A stretch of DNA of 38,413 nt. Source: an uncultured bacterium (lineage in GTDB: Bacteria; Ratteibacteria; UBA8468; B48-G9; JAFGKM01). Below are positions 9,216 to 16,346 of the stretch, piece by piece; position 1 is the stretch's first letter, and each line of letters starts with the position of its first letter. A program made the position numbers and the translations under genes. The notes beneath the pieces were generated by a model. It was not told the DNA's origin, did not search any database, and was given only the letters and a program-made list of their open reading frames with translations. The stretch is from assembly GCA_964421645.1 (NCBI GenBank), contig CAYQXZ010000001.1, positions 7,646-46,058 of the forward strand. The letters are read 5' to 3'.

Positions 9216-9848
9216 TCATGAAGCACATAATCTTTTGATTTCCTGCTGTATTCCGTCGATCACTTCAGGATTCTGAATAATTTTCTTCTTCCCTTCGGTT
9301 ACCGAAATTATATAGAAAACTTTGTCTCCATATTTTTCGGTGAACTTCTCGTGAGTCCTCTTCTGGAATGAAAGTTCATTAATTATCTGCGGGATGTACG
9401 CATAACCTGCTGGTTTGATTTGCAATCCTATAAATTTGCCGTTGACCTTGATGAAAAAATCAACGTTGTATCCCCTATCCCATTCATCAGGAGCAGGTTC
9501 TATTGAAACGCCGAGTGCATTCTGGAGTTGTCCGTAAATCGTCTGAATTTCAGACTGGTAACCATCGTAAGTCCTCTTGATAACCAGGTCTATGATAAAA
9601 TTGATGCAATCCTCTTCAGTCATATTTTCTATTTCCGCTTTGCATACCTCGGTAGTTTTAACAAAGAGCTTTCTTCCAAGCTCTTCAAGATGCTGAATGG
9701 AATAGACTTTGCCAAAATAGTAGTTTTTCCATTCTTCGAGAGAGCATGGTGATAATTTCCGTATGAGATCAGCGACCGGGCCGACCTTACTTTTCCTCGT
9801 CAGTCCCCATCGCATATTCGCCTGGTTCAATATCCATTCTTTGGGCAT
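9216..9848 (-). CDS. Putative type II restriction endonuclease (small PD-(D/E)xK-like protein)
   Basis: 210-aa ORF whose ATG overlaps the methyltransferase stop (TAATG). A candidate catalytic signature is DEWDRGYNVDFFIKVNGKFIGLQIKP (D...D-x11-QxK). It may belong to the MjaI-like family, but I cannot verify this. Confidence 0.55.
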   Translation of the reverse strand: MPKEWILNQANMRWGLTRKSKVGPVADLIRKLSPCSLEEWKNYYFGKVYSIQHLEELGRKLFVKTTEVCKAEIENMTEEDCINFIIDLVIKRTYDGYQSEIQTIYGQLQNALGVSIEPAPDEWDRGYNVDFFIKVNGKFIGLQIKPAGYAYIPQIINELSFQKRTHEKFTEKYGDKVFYIISVTEGKKKIIQNPEVIDGIQQEIKRLCAS

Positions 9849-11140
9849 TATTGTCTCCTTTGATTCATGAAACTCTCTCTATAGCGGTAACTGATTGTTG
9901 TATCCACATCCGTAAGGCCGGAACGAACAAGGTGTGCGTTCAAAAAAGTCCTGTTTGAAAGGTAGAGATAACAGAGGAGGTTATTTTCATCGTCATATTT
10001 TATTTCGTCAAATTTCATAAATACTTTCTGTCCGCGGGTTTGCTTGTGCAGGAATTTGGTTGCCCTGCCGTTTGTTTCAGGTTTTTCTTTAACTCCCAAA
10101 AGTCTGACTGTCATTCCATTGTTCAGAACGATTTTTGCAGGTGAGAGAATTTTCCTTATAGTGTAATAAATTTCTCTGTTCACCGGGGTGGATGCGTCAA
10201 TTTTTGAGCCGAACTTCAATCTTCGGGGGTCAATCTTCTTGTCGAAACGAATAGGATCTTTGAAAATGTATGGCAGATTATTGATCTCCCGGTCGAAGTG
10301 ATTAATGTCTCTGCCTTCTTGTTTGGTAATTTCAAAAGAAGCATTTTTGAAAAGGGCGTTTTCTTTCAAGCCCAATTTTTCCTTAATAACGGGGATATAT
10401 TCTTCATTTATTTCATATCCCGTGGAATTTCTTCCTGAATTTCTTGCCGCAAGTGAAGTTGTACCGCTGCCGAGAAAGGGGTCCAAGACCGTTTCTTCCA
10501 CAAAACTGAACATCTTGATGAGCCGTTTTGGAAGTTCTTCCGGGAATGCTGCAAGATGTTTATTCTGCTTTTCACCGGGAAAATGCCAGTGCCCTGTGAA
10601 GTATTCATTCCATTCCTTGTCGGTTAGACGGGATTGCTTCCTGACGTCTTCAGAAACTTTGATTGGATTTCCAATCTTTTTGAAAATAAGAATAAATTCA
10701 TAATCTAACTTCAGGATTCCGTTCCGGGGAAAAGGATAGGAACCCATTACAGTTGCCCCGCCGGTAGTATTGCAGGTGGTTACCTTTTGCCATATTATTG
10801 CACCCATATAGTCAAAACCAATGGTTTCGCAAAATCTTATTATTTCTGTTCTTATTGGTATGATTTTATATCTGCCGTAGTAGATTGAGCGGGCAAACTG
10901 GTCTCCGATGTTTATGCATAGACGGCAGGTTGGATGCAAGACTCTGTAACATTCCTTCCAGACGAGATTAAGGTTGTTTATATACTTTTCATAGGTGTCA
11001 TTGAATCCAATCTGACGATTGTTGCCATAATCTTTTAACTGCCAATAAGGAGGAGAGGTCACCACAAGATGCACGGATTCATTTGACACTTCTTTCATAT
11101 CTCTTGCGTCACCAATGATTATCTTGTGTTTAGTTTCCAT
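9848..11140 (-). CDS. Beta-class DNA methyltransferase (N6_N4_Mtase type, SPPY motif, likely N4-cytosine or N6-adenine) fused to a C-terminal SNase-like OB-fold domain
   Basis: Motif IV is VVTSPPYW. It lies upstream of motif I ([13 protein letters not shown]), which is the beta-class permutation. [18 protein letters not shown] is also present. The C-terminal ~95 aa align by eye to staphylococcal nuclease ([14 protein letters not shown] / [22 protein letters not shown]). I preferred the ATG at 11140 over the TTG at 11176, because the TTG lies inside the -35 box. Confidence 0.85.
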   Translation of the reverse strand: [430 protein letters not shown]

Positions 11141-11147
11141 CACTCTT

Positions 11148-11176
11148 ATTATATTTATGTTGTTTCTCCGAGTCAA
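11148..11176 (-). promoter_or_regulatory. Near-consensus sigma70-type promoter of the R-M/GHKL operon
   Basis: The minus strand reads TTGACT (11176-11171), a 17-nt spacer, then TATAAT (11153-11148). Seven nt (aagagtg) follow before the ATG at 11140. There is no Shine-Dalgarno sequence. Confidence 0.6.
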
Positions 11177-11189
11177 AATCGGAACGAAG

Positions 11190-11768
11190 TCAGAAGCCGA
11201 TGAACTGGGCTTCCATCTCCTTGGAAATAATAAACAGTTTTATGTCTCGCTTGCTTGCAAGCATGGTGCTGTTGTAGTCAAGCACGGTCCTGATTTTTGA
11301 GCCCTCCCATATTACCAGATACCTTGTCCCGGTTTTCACTTCCGATGTGGGGTTGCCGAGCCATGCGGTCACGGCCCTCTGCAGTTCGTTCCTGTTGGTG
11401 CTGCCGAGGGATTCAACCACGGCGCCGTAGAACCGGTCTTCCCGGAAGAGATAAATTATTTCGTTCACGTCCGCGTAGCCGATCTTGAGAAAATCTTTCT
11501 CGTTTACATATCCCTTACCCTCCCATTCTTTCAGGTAGTAGTAAACGGGGTGGTCGGCGAGGGCTTCAAAAACATTCCCGTACTTCAGAAAATCCATGGT
11601 CCCGATGCTTTTCAGGTTTGTTATCCCGGATATGTTCTGTCCCCATTTGATGCCCCTGAATCCTTCCGGTTCGCTGCGCGGCCAGCGGCGGTTGTCTGTC
11701 TGGGCGCCGGAAGAAACGCAGCAGCACAAGAGAACGAGACATGCAAATACCGCGTTTATCGTCTTCAT
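11190..11768 (-). CDS. Secreted hypothetical protein (192 aa)
   Basis: ORF with a signal peptide (MKTINAVFACLVLLCCCVSSGAQ). I recognised no family. Confidence 0.55.
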   Translation of the reverse strand: MKTINAVFACLVLLCCCVSSGAQTDNRRWPRSEPEGFRGIKWGQNISGITNLKSIGTMDFLKYGNVFEALADHPVYYYLKEWEGKGYVNEKDFLKIGYADVNEIIYLFREDRFYGAVVESLGSTNRNELQRAVTAWLGNPTSEVKTGTRYLVIWEGSKIRTVLDYNSTMLASKRDIKLFIISKEMEAQFIGF

Positions 11769-11882
11769 TTCGCAATCCTCCCCCTGTAATTATGGTATCC
11801 CCTGCAATAAGCCCCGGTTTTTAACATAGTTATACCGCAAGTGTCCCTGTTAAAACAATATCTTCCGGGCTTGGGCTCATTT

Positions 11883-11911
11883 TTGACATTTATCCTCCAA
11901 AAATATATCTT
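11883..11911 (+). promoter_or_regulatory. Candidate promoter of the TPR gene
   Basis: TTGACA (11883-11888), a 17-nt spacer, then TATCTT (11906-11911). The ATG at 11918 follows 6 nt later with no SD. Confidence 0.45.
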
Positions 11912-11917
11912 TACAAT

Positions 11918-13150
11918 ATGGTGATGGAAAGAAGAATAGTCCGGTTCGCATTGCTGGCAATGTTCTGCTTTTATCTGGCGGCGGAGGGCGGCCCGTTTGA
12001 GGATGGAGTGAAGTTTTTCAACGAGAAGAACTATCCGAAAGCCATTGAGGAGCTGCAAAAGGTCTCCGACGACAGGAATACAAACCTCCTGATAAGCTAC
12101 TATCTCGGTATCTCCCTGTACTACCAGAAAAACAACAAGGAATCCTCATCCAATCTCAAATACTACCTGTTAAACGTTCCGCCTGAAGACGTCCAGAAAA
12201 TACGGGATGCCCTCACGGTCTTCTTTACGATACAGAGAACGGAAAGGGCATGGGAAGAATTGGTACAGATGGGAAATCTCTACGCCGAAAAAATCGCCGG
12301 CAGGAAATCTTTCGGAAATCTCGGTTCGCTGATAGAGAATAACCTGGTAAGCGCGTATTCCACACTGGGCGGACAATCGTTTTCCAGGAGCGAGTACAAG
12401 GAGGCAAAAGAGCTCTACCTGAAGGCGCTCTCGCTGAACCCGCAGAATACCGGAGTCATTGAGAGGGTCGCCGCATGTGATTACTCCCTTGGACTGTACG
12501 ATGAAGCGGTAAAGAATTTCATTGTTCTGCTTGAGTCGGAGAGCAAGAACTGGAGGTTGTTGACTTCAGGCGCCTATTTCTTGAACGAGATCAGGAAACC
12601 GGATGACGATTTTATCGCGGGACTGGCAGGAAAAAATCCGCCCGCGTCCGGGATCCTTTCCGGGTACAGGTATTTCAAAAAGGGTGATTACGAGAAAGCT
12701 TTCGCGGCAGTAAAGAAACCGGAAGAGGATTATAAGGCAGGAGGGGAGATTGTCTATGAAATGATAGGAAGGATGAAAGAATCCAGTATTGATGCGGTCA
12801 GGGTATACCTTTTTTTCATAAGAGAGTACCCTCTTTCTACAAGAAACGAGTACGTCGTGTCGCGCATACTCGTGTTGAGCCGGGGCGGCAGGAATGAGAG
12901 TCAAACCAGGGCGGAACTCACGGGACTGATCAAGAGGAAGATTCAGGAGTGCACCGCTGCCGAGAAGCTCCCCGGACTTGAAAAACTGCTTGCCATCGTG
13001 GAGTTTGACAATCCGGGCGAGAGCGAGGAACTCTACCGGGGCAGGCTGGCGGCATTTGCGGAGATTGTAAGAAAATATCCGGAGAGCGACACCACCAGGA
13101 ACATCATGTTTGAGATGGCAAGAATACACGCGGACCGAATTGCGCCATAA
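11918..13150 (+). CDS. TPR-repeat protein with an N-terminal signal/anchor; the 3' end overlaps the IS left terminus
   Basis: 410-aa ORF with a hydrophobic N-terminus (RIVRFALLAMFCFYLAAEG). TPR-like repeats are present (YPKAIEELQKV..., YKEAKELYLKALSLNPQN..., LYDEAVKNF...). The last codons and the stop lie inside the outermost IS repeat. Confidence 0.65.
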   Translation: MVMERRIVRFALLAMFCFYLAAEGGPFEDGVKFFNEKNYPKAIEELQKVSDDRNTNLLISYYLGISLYYQKNNKESSSNLKYYLLNVPPEDVQKIRDALTVFFTIQRTERAWEELVQMGNLYAEKIAGRKSFGNLGSLIENNLVSAYSTLGGQSFSRSEYKEAKELYLKALSLNPQNTGVIERVAACDYSLGLYDEAVKNFIVLLESESKNWRLLTSGAYFLNEIRKPDDDFIAGLAGKNPPASGILSGYRYFKKGDYEKAFAAVKKPEEDYKAGGEIVYEMIGRMKESSIDAVRVYLFFIREYPLSTRNEYVVSRILVLSRGGRNESQTRAELTGLIKRKIQECTAAEKLPGLEKLLAIVEFDNPGESEELYRGRLAAFAEIVRKYPESDTTRNIMFEMARIHADRIAP

Positions 13151-13200
13151 TAAATCTATATGAACGCTAATCGTTGCGCCACATAAGGATCTATATGAAA
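13140..13200. repeat. IS left end: two direct copies of the terminal motif
   Basis: The copies are ttgcgccataataaatctatatgaa (from 13140) and ttgcgccacataaggatctatatgaa (from 13174), spaced 34 nt apart. Confidence 0.7.
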
Positions 13201-13234
13201 CTATCTCTCGGCAAAAGGAACAGGGAGGTAGTGC

Positions 13235-14509
13235 ATGGAGGCGTTAACGATGAAGGAAAAGAAGAAGATAAGCAGGTTGATGGCGCAGCGGTATCAGAAA
13301 GCTGGGAAGAAGGAGAAAGGAGCATTATTGCGGGAGCTTGTAACGTTAACCGGATATAACAGATGTTATGGAAGCTGGGTATTGAGGAATTGGGGAAGGG
13401 AAGTTGTTATATATAGAGGGCGGAGACGTCTGGTATTTATTGGGGAATGGACTGGTCATGGAAAAAAGAGAACGCGGGAAAAGGAAAAGATATACGACGA
13501 GAAGGTGCTGGTGGAACTGAAGAAGATATGGTATCTGCTGAACTTCCCCTGCAGCAGGCGTATGGCCGATTATATGGAGGAGATAGTAAACTCGCTGGAA
13601 AGGCACGAAGAGATCGTGCTGGATGACAGCACACGGAACAAGCTTTTAAACATAAGCGCCAGGACAATAGACCGGTTATTGAAAGCAGAACGTAAGAAGC
13701 TGGAAATAAAGGGCAGGAGCGGAACAAAGCCTGGGATGCTGTTGAAGAGCCAGATACCGGTACGTACATTTGCCCAGTGGGATGAACAGAAGCCGGGATT
13801 TGTGGAGATGGATCTGGTTAGCCATGAAGGGCAGGAGGCAAGGGGTATATACGCCCATACGTTGAATATGACCGATATACACACGGGGTGGACTGAAACC
13901 ATAGCGGTTGCCAATAAGAGTCAGACACGGGTGTTTGCCGGGCTGAAGAAGAGTATTTCAAACTTCCCGTTTTCCGTATTGGGTCTGGATTCGGACAATG
14001 GCAGTGAATTCATCAATAACCACCTGAGAAGATACTGCGAGCAGGAAAAGATAACATTCACAAGGTCCCGGGCATACAGAAAGAACGACAGCTGTTACGT
14101 TGAACAGAAAAACTGGCATCTCGTCAGGAAAACAGTGGGTTACTGGCGGTATGAAACAGCAAAAGAGGTGTTCCTGTTAAACAGGATCTATGAAGTCTTG
14201 AGGCTATATAGCAATTTCTTTCAGCCGCAGATGAAACTTATAAAGAAAACACGGGTAGGCAGCAAGGTAACCAGGAAATATGACAGAGCACAGACTCCAC
14301 TTCAGAGAATACTTAATTGCCGGGATGTCGAGAAGGAGTCAAAGCAACTTCTGCATAAACAGTATCTGTCTTTAAATCCGGTGCATCTGCGCAAACAATT
14401 GAGCGCATTACAGAACCAGCTTTATAAAACAGTATCCAAGAACCCTTTCTATCAGGCAAGACAGGAATTGAAACACAAAAAAGCATCTGTCGTTGGTATA
14501 GATTTTTAA
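13235..14509 (+). CDS. DDE transposase (integrase-core / rve fold)
   Basis: GGGAGG lies 6-7 nt upstream of the ATG. The N-terminus is HTH-like. The DD(35)E-like triad is FVEMDLVSH, LGLDSDNGSEF, and SCYVEQKNWHLVRK ~35 aa after the second D. Confidence 0.85.
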   Translation: MEALTMKEKKKISRLMAQRYQKAGKKEKGALLRELVTLTGYNRCYGSWVLRNWGREVVIYRGRRRLVFIGEWTGHGKKRTREKEKIYDEKVLVELKKIWYLLNFPCSRRMADYMEEIVNSLERHEEIVLDDSTRNKLLNISARTIDRLLKAERKKLEIKGRSGTKPGMLLKSQIPVRTFAQWDEQKPGFVEMDLVSHEGQEARGIYAHTLNMTDIHTGWTETIAVANKSQTRVFAGLKKSISNFPFSVLGLDSDNGSEFINNHLRRYCEQEKITFTRSRAYRKNDSCYVEQKNWHLVRKTVGYWRYETAKEVFLLNRIYEVLRLYSNFFQPQMKLIKKTRVGSKVTRKYDRAQTPLQRILNCRDVEKESKQLLHKQYLSLNPVHLRKQLSALQNQLYKTVSKNPFYQARQELKHKKASVVGIDF

Positions 14510-14556
14510 ATGACGCAACGATTATGGCTTCGTATAGATTTTTATTTGACGCAACG
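14493..14556. repeat. IS right end: two direct copies of the terminal motif, inverted relative to the left end
   Basis: The copies are tatagatttttaaatgacgcaacg (14497-14520) and tatagatttttatttgacgcaacg (14533-14556), spaced 36 nt apart. The first copy overlaps the transposase stop codon. Confidence 0.7.
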
Positions 14557-14662
14557 GTTACCTTTTCAATTATGTAATTGTTACAAGCATGTAATGAGTT
14601 GTCAGGCGGGAGACCGCAAAAGTGTTTAATGCGCGTTCTGCGGGATTAACTTTCCGCCGGTT

Positions 14663-15142
14663 TTAATTCATGGCAAGTATTGAATAGTTAAGGACTGCCG
14701 CGAAAGTGACCCAGAGCAGATAGGGCACAAGGATGCATGATGAAAGCTGGGATATTTTTTTGAAAGAAAGCATGGTAACCATTATTGTTGCCCAAAGCAG
14801 CAAAATGTCAATGAAACCGAGGAGAGGGCTTTTTAACCCGAAGAAGAATACAGACCAGAGAAAATTAAGCAGGAGCTGTATTGAAAAGAAAAACAGTGCA
14901 ATTCTTATCCTTGTCCGGGCTGCATTTCGCGAAGTCCAAACCAGGAATAGGGAAATCCCCATTGTTATATACAGCAACGTCCAGACAGGGGCGAAGAGCC
15001 ATGCCGGCGGATTGAACGAAGGTTTTGCGAGCGTCCGGTACCAGCCGCCGACAGAAGATGATGTGAAGACCGAACCTATTGCGCCGGCCGACAGGCAGAT
15101 GACAATTGATGCCGCAAGCTTCAGGTACTTAATATTGCTCAT
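14663..15142 (-). CDS. tspO: TspO/MBR family tryptophan-rich sensory protein
   Basis: The protein has five hydrophobic helices. Family-typical sequences are GWYRTLAKPSFNPPAWLFAPVWTLLYITMG, LLLNFLWSVFFFG and VPYLLWVTFAAVLNYSI. I preferred the ATG at 15142 (MSNIKYLK...). Confidence 0.85.
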   Translation of the reverse strand: MSNIKYLKLAASIVICLSAGAIGSVFTSSSVGGWYRTLAKPSFNPPAWLFAPVWTLLYITMGISLFLVWTSRNAARTRIRIALFFFSIQLLLNFLWSVFFFGLKSPLLGFIDILLLWATIMVTMLSFKKISQLSSCILVPYLLWVTFAAVLNYSILAMN

Positions 15143-15174
15143 GAGAATCCAGTTCCTGCATTCACTTCCGGCCA

Positions 15175-15603
15175 CTATTCAAAGGTGATTCTGCTTGCCA
15201 CTTCTTCCACTCTTTCCCTGTGTTCTCTGATTCTTTTCTGTTCCTTGCTGTTTAATGTTGATTTCTTATTCAGGGATTCTTTCACCTTCTCATTGGCATG
15301 GGCAACGGCAAGCTTAAGCGTTTTTTGGTGATATTTTTCAACCTTTTCTATGGTTGTTTTTTCCAGGATTATCGTGTTTCCCATGATGCTTGCAATTCCG
15401 GGCCTGTGCGAGGTAGCGTGATTTTCCGGGTTATTCCATGCCTCAATGAAAGCGTTTTCCCAGATTTGCGATGGTTTGCACGACAGTCGGAAGGGAACCT
15501 TGTACAGGTCGCTTCCCGGAGTTCCGTTTCTCTCGGGGACCGTAACGTCATCCACAAGAATTTCCAGTATCTTGACATCGGCGTTCATCATCAATCTACC
15601 CAT
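15175..15603 (-). CDS. Hypothetical protein (142 aa) upstream of tspO
   Basis: The ORF has GGAGG 7 nt upstream of the ATG at 15603. The C-terminal tail is charged and helical. I recognised no family. Confidence 0.5.
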   Translation of the reverse strand: MGRLMMNADVKILEILVDDVTVPERNGTPGSDLYKVPFRLSCKPSQIWENAFIEAWNNPENHATSHRPGIASIMGNTIILEKTTIEKVEKYHQKTLKLAVAHANEKVKESLNKKSTLNSKEQKRIREHRERVEEVASRITFE

Positions 15604-15665
15604 TGTCGCCTCCGTTGTTGGAATAAAAAAGCAGCTTTCAGGTATGTTTGAGGTGTGCTTTATTT

Positions 15666-15674
15666 ATTATACCA
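15666..15674 (-). promoter_or_regulatory. Candidate extended -10 element (TGgTATAAT) for the 142-aa/tspO unit
   Basis: The minus strand reads TGGTATAAT about 60 nt upstream of the ATG at 15603. The -35 (TTTGTT at 17-nt spacing) is weak. Confidence 0.4.
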
Positions 15675-15723
15675 CGTTTTACCGAAATAACAAAGGATAT
15701 GGAATGGGGCTATCATTGCGCAG

Positions 15724-16328
15724 TTATTTCCCGGACCTTGATATTTTTGTATCTTTTAACGATGCCCTGCTTGCTTTTTGCATCACGAGGTTCAGGGGGA
15801 TGGACAAGAGCGCAATCTTGTTCGGCCGCAGGATCCTTTTGAATATTGAACCGAAGGAAGATATCTGTCTTCTTGCCCAGCAATAGCCATCCTGCAATTC
15901 GTCAACTGTTAACAGGGCAGGTTTGAAGATGACTTCACCGCAGGTGTATTTTGCCCAGTCTCTCTCAATAATCCTTCCTCCTTCGTCAAACTTCCTGTAT
16001 AAGCGGGTTCCCGGCAGGGGCGTCAGGATGGAGAAGCTTGCCAGCTCAATCCTGCTGCGCTCAATAAAATCAACCGTTTCCTCAAAAACTCCCCTGTTAT
16101 CTGGATCAATGCGTTGAAAAGTTCACTGATATAGTCAGCACGGCCGGCGATATTGTCGTCCACAAAAAAAATGATGGCCCTGTTTTTCAGCAATTTCCTA
16201 TTTTTGAAGTCGCTTAGCAGACGGCCCATCGTTGCTTCAGCTTCTCCGAGAACAACCGCATCGGCATGCAGGGAAACTTCCTGCGGCATCGCCGTGGGAT
16301 ACCATAGGCTGAAGAATTCCCGTGGCAT
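15724..16328 (-). pseudogene. Degraded remnant of a B12-binding-domain radical SAM gene
   Basis: Homology is split across two minus-strand frames. One frame gives HADAVVLGEAEATMGRLLSDF...IFFVDDNIAGRADYISELFNAL. The other gives VFEETVDFIERSRIELASFSILTPLPGTRLYRKFDEGGRIIERDWAKYTCGEVIFKPALLTVDELQDGY. The CxxxCxxC core is absent. The remnant is ~0.6 kb, whereas I expected ~1.4 kb. Confidence 0.65.
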
Positions 16329-16346
16329 CCTGTATGAACGAGAAAG

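Larger units (their letters stand above)
13140..14556 (+). mobile_element. Insertion sequence (~1.4 kb) encoding one rve-type DDE transposase; family uncertain (ISNCY/IS481-like)
   Basis: A single transposase ORF is flanked by imperfect inverted ends of ~55 nt. Each end consists of two copies of the motif TTGCG(C/T)CA-N7-8-TCTATA. I saw no clear target-site duplication. Confidence 0.75.

Noticed and set aside
11765-12058. 97-aa minus-strand ORF across the divergent intergenic region
   Set aside because: It overlaps the TPR gene start and its promoter, has no SD, and has an implausible composition.
13174-13359. 61-aa plus-strand ORF at the IS left end
   Set aside because: It overlaps the terminal repeats and the transposase start in another frame. 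The transposase ATG at 13235 has a proper SD.
13130-14570. Target-site duplication flanking the IS
   Set aside because: The flanks (…cggaccgaa | … | gttaccttt…) show no matching direct repeat at the termini I inferred. The exact ends are uncertain, so I make no TSD claim.
14567-14595. Short palindrome CAATTATGTAATTG and repeated ATGTAAT just outside the IS right end
   Set aside because: They are very short and AT-rich and could arise by chance. I could not tie them to the IS termini or to a terminator for tspO.
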